Below, in pieces: positions 50,235 to 61,173 of a DNA stretch of 64,000 nucleotides. Position numbers and translations under genes: made by a program. The notes under the pieces are model-generated. The model saw only the letters and a list, made by a program, of their open reading frames with translations, did no database searches and had not been told where the DNA came from. Source of the stretch: Candidatus Peribacteria bacterium (GTDB taxonomy: Bacteria; Patescibacteriota; Gracilibacteria; UBA1369; 2-02-FULL-48-14); the NCBI GenBank assembly GCA_943357175.1, contig CALRGE010000005.1:17190-81189 (forward strand), written 5' to 3'. Within the stretch, counting starts at the first letter, position 1; each line of letters opens with the position of its first letter.

Positions 50235-50317
50235 ATGAAAATTGAATGGACTAGCATTCTAAAACGGCCGAGTAGTTCAATGCAAGCAGCAACAAAAAAA
50301 TCCCTTTGACACATCAC

Positions 50318-51826
50318 CTAAAATAGACGCAACACATCGTTGAAGGTGACGTATGCAATAAATAGCAGTAGGAAGACAAAACCAGCACTATGAATATACC
50401 CTTCAATTCTTGGATTTGCCTTCTTTCCTGTCATTCCCTGAATCAAAATAAATAGGAATCTACCACCGTCTAAAGCCGGGATTGGTAGAATATTAACGAC
50501 TCCCAAGCTCAAAGACAAAAGTGCCATAAATCTTATTATCGCGGCAAAACCATCCTGCAAAAACACATATGTCATTTGTGCGATTCCAACCGGTCCGGAA
50601 ACTCCATCTGGCACAGAACCTCCACTCACAAAGCCTCCCAAAACTTTAACAAACATAACTGCAGTAAGTTTTCCAAGCCTCCACATATCTTTCACAGCCT
50701 GAACCGGGGCATAAAAACCATACTGAACTTTGTGAACTTCAATTAAAGTATGAGGAACTAAAGCAGAATAGAATGAAATTTCAGAACCCTGAATTAACTC
50801 AGCAACTGAAACTCCAACTCTACCATCTTCACGAAGTGGAATTTCAAAATTCAAATTAGCACTGTCTCTTATAACCATATATTTTATCTTACTGTCTTTA
50901 TTTTTTGCAGTTGCTGCAACCACATTCTCAGGAGACAAAATCTGATCATCATTAATCATTTTCACCTGATCACCAACCATCAATCCAACCTCTTCTGCAG
51001 GTGAGCCAATTTCTATATAAGAAATTACAGGGTAATGCGCAGGCTGAGTAACATTAGTCTCAATCATTCCAACGCCTGGCCTGAAATAAGAAATATCAAA
51101 AGAAATTTTATCTTTAATAGCTGCAAGCAAATCTGCCTCTTCCAAAATCTGAGCACCATCAACGGCGGTTAAAACATCACCCTCCTGCAATTTGCCGTAA
51201 AAAATTGAGTTCTGATCTTCAAAATAAACAAGCCTATTTAAGTAAGTAGGAGAAAACTGAGTTTTATCAATTGTCTCTGTCAGCACATCTTCTCCTTTTG
51301 AAATAATTGCCTGAGTATCTTCAGGAAGAGCCGCCCATGTCTCTATACTTGTAACAGGAACCCCATCCACCTTCAAAATTGTCTCACCAGATTTTGAAAT
51401 AATTCCCGGTTGAATATCAACCTGGCCGATTCTAATTGCATTATAAAAATCATCAACATTCGCCAAGAGTGGCTCAATTCCAATCAAGAATCCAAAAGTC
51501 AAAAGCAAAAATGACATCAAAAGATTCATGAAAACTCCGGCGCAAACAATTTTTGTTTGTACCCAAAAAGATTGATTCGTAAAACTTCGTTTATCGTGGC
51601 TTCCTCCGTCCTCTCCAAGCATTCTCACAAATCCTCCAAATGGAATCCAGTTGATTGAATAAAGTGTTTCACCTTTTTTAATTCCCCAAATTCGTGGAGG
51701 CAAACCAAAACCGAATTCTTCTACTTTTACTCCGGCCCTCTTTGCGGCTGCAAAATGACCTAACTCATGAATCAAAATTAAAAAAGAGAAAATAAAGATG
51801 AAAACTATTGCAGTGAGAAAATACAT
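50318..51826 (-). CDS. rseP: Site-2 metalloprotease RseP with PDZ domains
   Basis: HELGH, IPFGGFV and NILPIPALDGG motifs. Confidence 0.92.
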   Translation of the reverse strand: MYFLTAIVFIFIFSFLILIHELGHFAAAKRAGVKVEEFGFGLPPRIWGIKKGETLYSINWIPFGGFVRMLGEDGGSHDKRSFTNQSFWVQTKIVCAGVFMNLLMSFLLLTFGFLIGIEPLLANVDDFYNAIRIGQVDIQPGIISKSGETILKVDGVPVTSIETWAALPEDTQAIISKGEDVLTETIDKTQFSPTYLNRLVYFEDQNSIFYGKLQEGDVLTAVDGAQILEEADLLAAIKDKISFDISYFRPGVGMIETNVTQPAHYPVISYIEIGSPAEEVGLMVGDQVKMINDDQILSPENVVAATAKNKDSKIKYMVIRDSANLNFEIPLREDGRVGVSVAELIQGSEISFYSALVPHTLIEVHKVQYGFYAPVQAVKDMWRLGKLTAVMFVKVLGGFVSGGSVPDGVSGPVGIAQMTYVFLQDGFAAIIRFMALLSLSLGVVNILPIPALDGGRFLFILIQGMTGKKANPRIEGYIHSAGFVFLLLFIAYVTFNDVLRLF

Positions 51827-51827
51827 T

Positions 51828-52373
51828 TTAGATTGTCATTATGGATTGTTCCTTTGCCCTTGCCATTGAATCAATTGACTTATTAATCTCGTCCACCTTT
51901 TCCTGCATTTGCTTCTCAAGACGATTTTTTTCATCTTCAGGAATTTCCTTATCATGTTCAGCTTTACTTAGAGTTCCCATATAATCATGCCTTATATTTC
52001 TAACAGAAATTTTTGCCTCTTCCGCCAAACGATTCACCACTTTTGCCAAATCTCTTCTTCGCTCTTCAGTTAGAGGTGGAATGCTCAAAATAATTGAAAG
52101 TCCATTATTCACAGGATTCAAATTTAGATCTGATACTCGAATTGCCTTTTCAATTATTGCTAACATTGATCTATCCCAAGGCTGAATTTGAATTGTTTTT
52201 GCATCAGGAACAGAAACACCGGCAACTGATTTTAATGCCTGCATTGAGCCATATGCCTCAACCATCATTCCTTCTACCAAACCGGCAGAAGCTCGCCCAA
52301 TTTGAAGTTTTTTATATTCTTCCTCAAGATGACTTGTTGTCTTATCAAAGTCTTTTACAGGTAGGTTTATCAT
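51828..52373 (-). CDS. frr: Ribosome recycling factor
   Basis: IGRAS, PPLTEERR and VRNIR motifs. Confidence 0.95.
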   Translation of the reverse strand: MINLPVKDFDKTTSHLEEEYKKLQIGRASAGLVEGMMVEAYGSMQALKSVAGVSVPDAKTIQIQPWDRSMLAIIEKAIRVSDLNLNPVNNGLSIILSIPPLTEERRRDLAKVVNRLAEEAKISVRNIRHDYMGTLSKAEHDKEIPEDEKNRLEKQMQEKVDEINKSIDSMARAKEQSIMTI

Positions 52374-52374
52374 T

Positions 52375-53070
52375 TTATGAAATTAAAGTACCAATTTTTT
52401 TGCCCTTCACAGCTTTTAACAAATTTCCAGATTTTTTCAAGTTAAACACCTGGACTTTCAAGCCATTTTCTTTTGCCAAAACAATCGCATTCAAATCCAT
52501 CACTTCAAGACCTCTCTTTAAAACTTCATCATAGGAAATTTTATCGAAAAACTTCGCCTTCGGGTTTTTCACAGGGTCAGAATCATAAACTCCGTCAACT
52601 TTTGTTGCCTTCATCAATACATCACAATTCAATTCCAATGCCCTTAAAGCCGCCGCAGAATCAGTAGTAAAATAAGGGTTCCCAGTTCCACCACCACAAA
52701 TCACAACTTCTCCGCGTTCCAACAATGAAATTCCTCTAGATGCCACGAATGGTTCAGCAAAGTAAAATGAAACATGTGGTGCCAAGGCACTGGCCCTCAC
52801 GCCAATAGATCTCAACGCATCCTGCAAAACTCTTGCGTTCATAATTGTTGCCATCATACCAATCGTGTCTGAATCTGCGCGTGAAATCTTGATTTTTTTA
52901 TTATCTCGATATCTCCAAAAATTTCCTCCGCCAACAACAATTGCAACTTGCACTTTTGATTTCACAATCGCCTTAATTTCATTACATAATTTCAATAATT
53001 CCTCTCCATCAATGCCGCCTTCGGTGCTACCCAAAACCTCACCGGAAATTTTCAACATTATTCTTTTCAT
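52375..53070 (-). CDS. pyrH: UMP kinase
   Basis: LKISGE, GGGNFWR, GNPYFTTDSAA and DGVYDSDP. Confidence 0.95.
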   Translation of the reverse strand: MKRIMLKISGEVLGSTEGGIDGEELLKLCNEIKAIVKSKVQVAIVVGGGNFWRYRDNKKIKISRADSDTIGMMATIMNARVLQDALRSIGVRASALAPHVSFYFAEPFVASRGISLLERGEVVICGGGTGNPYFTTDSAAALRALELNCDVLMKATKVDGVYDSDPVKNPKAKFFDKISYDEVLKRGLEVMDLNAIVLAKENGLKVQVFNLKKSGNLLKAVKGKKIGTLIS

Positions 53071-53399
53071 ACTAAAAATTTAACAATAATACCTCCCAAT
53101 AACAAGCCACCGGCAAATAAAAAAGGACCCATTTTTCTTGGAGAAATTCCTCTAGCATTCGCCAAGTCAGTTAATAAATTTGTACTGATAATAACCTCCT
53201 CATTTTTATTCTTTTCTACAACTTCAATAAAACTATGATTCGCCACCAAGGTCACAAATCGATCAAAAGTAATCTTCACATATGAAGACGCATTAATGCC
53301 GCTGTTACCTTCTTTTCTCACTTCTTCAGATTTAATTTCCTTACGTGTAAAAGGCACAGTATCAATCTGTTCTTCGTCAGGTAAGTAAATGTCATCCAT
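53067..53399 (-). CDS. Hypothetical protein with C-terminal TM
   Basis: 110 aa; overlaps the pyrH start. Confidence 0.7.
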   Translation of the reverse strand: MDDIYLPDEEQIDTVPFTRKEIKSEEVRKEGNSGINASSYVKITFDRFVTLVANHSFIEVVEKNKNEEVIISTNLLTDLANARGISPRKMGPFLFAGGLLLGGIIVKFLV

Positions 53400-53470
53400 C
53401 TTTTTGGCGTAAGATCAAAGACAGTTTACAGAAGATATCTGCCCAACTCAAGCACTTCTATTTGGGAGAA

Positions 53471-54286
53471 TTAGAGCACATTACCAATCTGCTCAGCGAT
53501 GGTAACTAAAAGTCGAGTTTCCTCATCTTTGAATTCATCACAAACTTCACAGGCAAGAATGGCAGCCAAAGAGCCGTCTGGTTTGTGTGAAGCACAATAA
53601 ACGGTGCCATCTTGATCAAGAAATGATTCCGGAGCATCAGGCATTTTAAACCTGTTAAAATAGTCTGGAACATGCATTTCAAATTTCGCCAAAACGTCGG
53701 GGTTTAATTCAATCGAAGTGTGCATCGGCAAACCATTAACATCAAACATTGCAATAGAAAAATGATCAATCGCCCTACTCAATTCAATAAAAATTGCAGG
53801 AATCATTTGAGAAAGATTTCCTTTAAACATGGTCATAATTCGAGTCACATCGTAAAGCGCAATTAAACGAGTGTTCATTGCTTGTAGACGTGCATTTAGA
53901 ACCTTCACAATTCCAAGTAAAATTCCACTTGCAGCTTCCGGTTCCGCTCTCACAAGTTTCTGAAATTTTTCCGGGTTCAATTTTAAAACTTCAGTTGGAG
54001 CTAAACAAATAATCGTTGCCCCCCTTCCCTTTTCTGAAAGCAAAGAACCTTCTCCAAAAAAATCTCCGGCTGTCAAAGTTGCCAAATGTTTTTGAGTTTC
54101 ACGATTATCTGAAAGAGTTTTTGTCACTTCAACCGTACCTGAAAGAATGTAGTAAAAATCCTTACCCTCCCCGCCTTCTTCTAAAATTTTCTCACCATAA
54201 GGATACGAAATTTTTTCCCAATATTCAGCTCCTCCAAAAATTTCAAAAATTGCAGGATCAGATAAATTTATAAACATATTTTTCAT
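53471..54286 (-). CDS. Cyclic-nucleotide-binding protein with GAF-like C-terminus
   Basis: YYILSGTVEV and FFGEGSLL...RGAT; ends DEETRLLVTIAEQI; no HTH. Confidence 0.8.
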   Translation of the reverse strand: MKNMFINLSDPAIFEIFGGAEYWEKISYPYGEKILEEGGEGKDFYYILSGTVEVTKTLSDNRETQKHLATLTAGDFFGEGSLLSEKGRGATIICLAPTEVLKLNPEKFQKLVRAEPEAASGILLGIVKVLNARLQAMNTRLIALYDVTRIMTMFKGNLSQMIPAIFIELSRAIDHFSIAMFDVNGLPMHTSIELNPDVLAKFEMHVPDYFNRFKMPDAPESFLDQDGTVYCASHKPDGSLAAILACEVCDEFKDEETRLLVTIAEQIGNVL

Positions 54287-55344
54287 TGCTGCGCGAGATT
54301 AAAAACTAATTCAGGATCATGCGCCTTTGCCCTTGCTGATTCCTGAGAAATCACACCTTCTTTAAGCAAGGCAGCCAAGGATGTATCTAAAGTAATCATA
54401 CCGTCGGCTTTACCAATTTGCATCATTGAGTAAATTTGATGTGTTGTTCCTTCTTTAATACAGTTCGTAATCGCATCATTTCTAACAAGAATTTCAAATG
54501 CGACGGTTCGTCCATTACCATCAACCCGAGGAATCAAAGTTTGCGCAACAATTCCCAAAAGAGTTGTTGAAAGCTGAGCTCGAATTTGTTGCTGCTGTGT
54601 TGGTGGAAAAACATCGATCATACGATCAACAGTTTGTGCAGCATCTTGAGTGTGAAGTGTTGCCAAAACTAAATGTCCTGTTTCTGCGAGCGTTATTGCC
54701 GCTGCAATTGTTTCAAGATCACGCATTTCACCAATCAAAATCACGTTCGGATCTTCACGTAGAGCAGATTTAATTGCCGCCGGAAATGAATCCGTGTGCA
54801 TTCCAACTTCACGCTGACTAATAAGTGATCTGTTTGATTTGTGAATAAACTCGATTGGATCTTCAATTGTTAAAATATGTGCTCTTCTTGAACTGTTAAT
54901 TTCATTCACCATTGCCGCAAGAGTTGTTGATTTACCGCTACCGGTTGGCCCGGTTACAACAATTAAACCTCGGCCTTTTTTTGTAAATTCTCTAATAACT
55001 TCCGGATAGCCCAAACCTGTTAATGTTGGGATAATATCCGGGATACTTCTCATCGCGATTGCAGGACCATCAATTTCAGTGAAAACATTCACACGAAATC
55101 GTCCGACACCATCTGCAGCATAAGAGCCGTCAACCTCCTGTTTTTCCTTATAAATGATGTATTTTTTATCTCCCAAAATTTGTTTTATCACTTCTTCCAT
55201 AGTCTCTCTAGTTAGCACTTCAGAATTCTGCATGTCATAAAGTTGACCGTCTGTTAAACGCACAACCGGAACCCTTCCAACCTTCAAATGAAGATCTGGA
55301 GAGTGACTGTCTGCTACTTGTTTTAGGTAAGGATTGATGTCCAT
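54283..55344 (-). CDS. pilT: Type IV pilus retraction ATPase
   Basis: GPTGSGKST, TIEDPIE, LREDP, GEMRD and ATLHT motifs. Confidence 0.93.
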   Translation of the reverse strand: MDINPYLKQVADSHSPDLHLKVGRVPVVRLTDGQLYDMQNSEVLTRETMEEVIKQILGDKKYIIYKEKQEVDGSYAADGVGRFRVNVFTEIDGPAIAMRSIPDIIPTLTGLGYPEVIREFTKKGRGLIVVTGPTGSGKSTTLAAMVNEINSSRRAHILTIEDPIEFIHKSNRSLISQREVGMHTDSFPAAIKSALREDPNVILIGEMRDLETIAAAITLAETGHLVLATLHTQDAAQTVDRMIDVFPPTQQQQIRAQLSTTLLGIVAQTLIPRVDGNGRTVAFEILVRNDAITNCIKEGTTHQIYSMMQIGKADGMITLDTSLAALLKEGVISQESARAKAHDPELVFNLAQQ

Positions 55345-55356
55345 AAAATGGGTTAA

Positions 55357-56370
55357 TTATTCAGGTTTAGGTTCTTCAGTTGGAGCCGCAGTTCCAGTAG
55401 TTTCGGCACCTTCAGCCGGAGCAGCAGCGACAACAGCAGCTTCTCCAGTGACAGGTGCTGTGGCCACTACCGGTACTCCTGTAACAATTGAATTTAATTG
55501 AGCCTTAACTTCTTCACCACTTAATCCACATTTTGCCATATTTTCATCAATTTTCGTAGGATCAGCTGAAGTCATAACTGCAGCCATCAAATGCTGATTT
55601 GTGAACCACTGAACACCACCTTTTTCTCTTTTATAAAGTTCAGCATATTTTTTTACAGAATCGATATCAAGTGTTCCATCAGCTTTCATTGGGAAACCTA
55701 CAGGTGGAGCAAAAACAATTTGAATTTCTTTATCTCCAGGCTCAGGAATGGTTTCATTAACTCCGTAAGTCTTCAAAGTAATTCCATGTTTTAATAAACC
55801 AATCTGAAGCGCAGCTGTGACATCCAATCCTAAAATCGATTCCTCAGAATTATCTTCAGCAGGCATAACCAATGTTGAACCTGTCATAAATTTCAATGTT
55901 GATTCATCACCTGTCTCAACCTGACCTTTCAAATTCCAAAGCATCGTTGCCTTTCCCATATTTCCTTCCGCTGTGGGATAATAAATATTATGATCATCCA
56001 ATTTATTCTCTTCCTTCACAGATGCAATTGTATCTGCAAAACTTGTAGTCTCAATTTTCTTACCTTCTCCAACAACACCATCCATTATGGATCCGGAAAG
56101 ATTCTCTGCAATCCACATTTTGGCCATCAAAGAAAACTTCTCAGTTAATGTGAGTTGCTTTCTGAGAGCATCTCTATTTATTTGACCATTTTTATCAATC
56201 AATTGTTTCGCTTCGCTATCCATTGAAAGCAAAATTTCCTTTGCTAAATCTGGTTTTTCAGTCGCAAGTTGATCTAGTTGATCACCAAGCAATGCATCAC
56301 CAAAAAATTCATTCCCAGCGGCAGAAATTTGATCCATCATTCCAGGTTGTGCTGAAACCTCATCAGGCAT
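55357..56370 (-). CDS. Hypothetical protein
   Basis: 337-aa acidic ORF with Ala/Thr/Pro-rich tail; upstream of pilT. Confidence 0.7.
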   Translation of the reverse strand: MPDEVSAQPGMMDQISAAGNEFFGDALLGDQLDQLATEKPDLAKEILLSMDSEAKQLIDKNGQINRDALRKQLTLTEKFSLMAKMWIAENLSGSIMDGVVGEGKKIETTSFADTIASVKEENKLDDHNIYYPTAEGNMGKATMLWNLKGQVETGDESTLKFMTGSTLVMPAEDNSEESILGLDVTAALQIGLLKHGITLKTYGVNETIPEPGDKEIQIVFAPPVGFPMKADGTLDIDSVKKYAELYKREKGGVQWFTNQHLMAAVMTSADPTKIDENMAKCGLSGEEVKAQLNSIVTGVPVVATAPVTGEAAVVAAAPAEGAETTGTAAPTEEPKPE

Positions 56371-56656
56371 TATTTGGAGCTTTATGGGTTAAACTTTCCA
56401 TTCTTACCTTTAATTTCTCGAGTCTCTGAAGATATGAGGTTTGATTTATCGTCAATTTTCTCAACTTTTCAGTTTCCACATCTTGATTCATTCCTTTTTC
56501 CTCCTCTAAAACCAAGAGAAGTTCATCTATTTTTTTCTCATCTAGTGACTTCAAAATTCCTGACCACTGATTTGCAGTCAAAACTACATTTGCCCTAAAA
56601 CCAGGACTAACAGGAAGTAGAGCCGAAGCATGTTGAATTTTTTCTTCTTTTGTCAT
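56363..56656 (-). CDS. Hypothetical protein
   Basis: 97-aa ORF overlapping the next gene's start. Confidence 0.65.
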   Translation of the reverse strand: MTKEEKIQHASALLPVSPGFRANVVLTANQWSGILKSLDEKKIDELLLVLEEEKGMNQDVETEKLRKLTINQTSYLQRLEKLKVRMESLTHKAPNNA

Positions 56657-56842
56657 GGCGTGAAATTAATCATGTAATTATAACAGAAAAAGCCCTTCTA
56701 TTCAATTGATGCTTGTGGCGATTTTCTTCCCGTGCAGAGATTTACAAGCAATATTGGCTTACAGGAGCCATCTCGCAAATTTGCGCTTCAATTGACAGAT
56801 GTAACAAATGTGATAGAATCATTTCATATTTTTTCAAAATTT

Positions 56843-57244
56843 ATGAATAAACCCTCAGCATTACTCGCAAGCTTGGCAATATCCTGCGCTCCTCAAAACA
56901 CAATCGACTACAAATCCGCTACAGGTTTAGATGAATCAGACAAAGTAGCAATTTCAGCACTAGTTGAAGAATTTAAATTAGACTGTATGTTACAACAAGA
57001 TCCTGAAAGTGTTTTTGCCGAGGCCGGAAGCGAGGGAATGCTTGCAAGTTTGGAAAGAAGAAGATCGGAAATGCCAAAAAATGCTCTGAAGACAACTCGT
57101 GAAAAAGTTGGCTCAATTTTAAAAGAAGCAGGCTGTAAATCAACAGGCGCTATGTGGTGCAATTTCAACAATGAAGAGTATCCATATGTTGCACAGATTT
57201 GGGTGAAGAAAAATACTCAAGGCGGACTAGATTGCCAGACATAA
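56843..57244 (+). CDS. Putative small lipoprotein
   Basis: MNKPSALLASLAISC; TTGACA-16-TAGAAT at 56792-56819 supports the internal ATG. Confidence 0.6.
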   Translation: MNKPSALLASLAISCAPQNTIDYKSATGLDESDKVAISALVEEFKLDCMLQQDPESVFAEAGSEGMLASLERRRSEMPKNALKTTREKVGSILKEAGCKSTGAMWCNFNNEEYPYVAQIWVKKNTQGGLDCQT

Positions 57245-57277
57245 AAAGAGCCCCAAGGATTTTTCCAAGGGGCCTTT
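57243..57277. terminator. Terminator after groEL
   Basis: Minus strand GGCCCC...GGGGC-TCTTTTT. Confidence 0.65.
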
Positions 57278-57305
57278 CTTAGTATTGCTCACCTTCGGTG
57301 AGTGA

Positions 57306-59224
<1,919 letters not shown>

Positions 59225-59244
59225 AAGATTGGGGTTACAGAAAT

Positions 59245-59271
59245 CTAGCACTCGCTATTATGCAGTGCTAA
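59245..59271 (-). promoter_or_regulatory. CIRCE element (HrcA operator)
   Basis: TTAGCACTG-N9-GAGTGCTAG versus consensus TTAGCACTC-N9-GAGTGCTAA; overlaps TTGACT...CATAAT promoter. Confidence 0.9.
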
Positions 59272-59296
59272 TTTTTAGAGTCAAGAGGAATTACTT

Positions 59297-59438
59297 TCAA
59301 CTATACGATTTCTTCGTACAGTTGATTAACCGAATGAGCTATGGAGTTTTACGAAACGTAATTAAAGGATATAAAAATAGAGAGCATGCTCTCTATTTTT
59401 ATAATCCCAGTGTAGTAAAACTCCATAGCTCATTCGGT
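59297..59438. repeat. Dispersed structured repeat, copy B (nested inverted repeats, MITE-like)
   Basis: Perfect 24-bp inverted repeats 59329-59352/59415-59438 enclose a perfect 34-bp palindrome 59370-59403; extra hairpin 59297-59325. Confidence 0.85.
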
Positions 59439-59439
59439 A

Positions 59440-60969
59440 TCATTCCGCAAAAGCCTCAATTCTCAACTCTCTCACAACATCCACTTTAATTTTTCCTGGA
59501 TATTGAAGATCTTTTTCAATCTTTCGTGCGATTTCATGAGAAAGTTTGATCGCGCGTAAGTCATCTAATTTTTCAGGGTTAACAAAGACTCGTAGTTCTC
59601 TACCGGCTTGAACTGCGAAAGCTTTTTCAACACCATCAAAACTCAATGCCAATTTTTCAATTTCTCCAAGACGCTTAATGAAACTTTCAAGATTATCTTT
59701 ATCAACTCCTGGTCTTGAAACTGAAATCAAATTTGCAACTTGAATAATTTTTGCCTCAATTGACTTAGCCTCCACATCACCTTCATTCGCCTCAACACAG
59801 TGAAGCAACTCCTCACTCATTCCAAATTTTTTCAAAATATCACGACCGATTGCTGCGTGTTTTCCATGAACTTCATGATCTACAGCTTTTCCAATATCAT
59901 GCAAAAGTCCTGCTTTCTTACAAAGCTCCACATTCGCTCCCATCATTCCTGCAATTTCAGCTGCGAGGAACCCAACTTCCATAGAATGCTTCAATACATT
60001 TTGACCATAAGCAATTCTAAATTTCAACCTTCCCAAAATCTTAATCAAGTTTGGAGGAAGCCCAGCAACACCAACTTCATAAGCGGCTTTTTCTCCAAGC
60101 TCCTTTATAAGAACATTCACTTCTTCCTTTACCTTTATACCCATTTCCTCAATTCGGGCAGGGTGAATTCTTCCGTCTTCAATCAGACGTTCAAGAATAA
60201 TCTTAGCCATGTATCGACGAATCGGATCAAAACAAGAAATCACAATTGATCCAGGTGTATCATCAACAATCACATCAACTCCCGTAACAGTTTCAAAAGC
60301 ATTGATATTTCGGCCTTCTCTACCAATAATTCTTCCCTTCAAATCATCAGAAGGAAGATTCACCAAGGTTGTAGTTGATTCAACGGTTGTCTCAGATGCA
60401 TAACGCTGAATTGCGTCCGCAAGAATTTCTCTAGCCTTGCCCTCTGATTCATCCTTGATTTCCTTTTCAAGTTTTTTTGCATACTCAATCAGTTCATCTT
60501 TAGATTCCTCTTCAACCTGTTTAAATAGAATTTGTTTAGCTTCTTCCTTATTAAGTTGAGCAATTTCCTTCAATTTCTCTTCCTGTTTTAAGAAGACTTT
60601 TTCAGCCTCTTCTTTTTTCTTCTTTGCGTCCTCAATATCAGATTCAAGTTTCTCTTTTAACTTTTCGGAATTGTCCATTTTCGAATCGAGCGATTGCTCT
60701 TTTCTTATAAGTCTTTCCTCCGATTCCTCAATTTTCTTCCTTCTTATACGCTCTTCATTCCTAGCCTCTTCTTGCAACTTTATCATCTCAGCCTTTGCCT
60801 TGTGTAGAATATCAGCTGCCTTTGTGTTTGCCTCCTGCAATGCTTTCTCCTGTTCCTTACGTTTTTTTATATCTTCATCTTTGAGCTGGCCGTTTCTGTA
60901 AACGAAACCGATTCCACCTCCAAGACCAAAACCAAGAACGAGTAGAAGCACTTGTGTAATAGTGCTCAT
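59440..60969 (-). CDS. rny: Ribonuclease Y
   Basis: N-terminal TM, coiled coil, KH (KGRIIGREGRNI), LLHDIGK and AGRELRV. Confidence 0.93.
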   Translation of the reverse strand: MSTITQVLLLVLGFGLGGGIGFVYRNGQLKDEDIKKRKEQEKALQEANTKAADILHKAKAEMIKLQEEARNEERIRRKKIEESEERLIRKEQSLDSKMDNSEKLKEKLESDIEDAKKKKEEAEKVFLKQEEKLKEIAQLNKEEAKQILFKQVEEESKDELIEYAKKLEKEIKDESEGKAREILADAIQRYASETTVESTTTLVNLPSDDLKGRIIGREGRNINAFETVTGVDVIVDDTPGSIVISCFDPIRRYMAKIILERLIEDGRIHPARIEEMGIKVKEEVNVLIKELGEKAAYEVGVAGLPPNLIKILGRLKFRIAYGQNVLKHSMEVGFLAAEIAGMMGANVELCKKAGLLHDIGKAVDHEVHGKHAAIGRDILKKFGMSEELLHCVEANEGDVEAKSIEAKIIQVANLISVSRPGVDKDNLESFIKRLGEIEKLALSFDGVEKAFAVQAGRELRVFVNPEKLDDLRAIKLSHEIARKIEKDLQYPGKIKVDVVRELRIEAFAE

Positions 60970-61173
60970 GTTTAATGTTGTTATAACCAGAATACAAAAA
61001 AGAGAACCGGCTTAGGTCGGTTTTTTCAGATTTGAGAGTGAAAAAATTGAATTTTCCATGATTTTCTCTTTGAATTCGGTCGCAATTTATAAAAGATCTG
61101 AACGCAATTTAACAAAGCAAAGTCCGCTTGGCAAGAATTATCTTTGCGGCTAAAGTTTCCGAGTAATAAAAAA

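Noticed and set aside
59229-59489. 86-aa plus-strand ORF
   Set aside because: Runs through CIRCE and the nested inverted repeats; no coding support.
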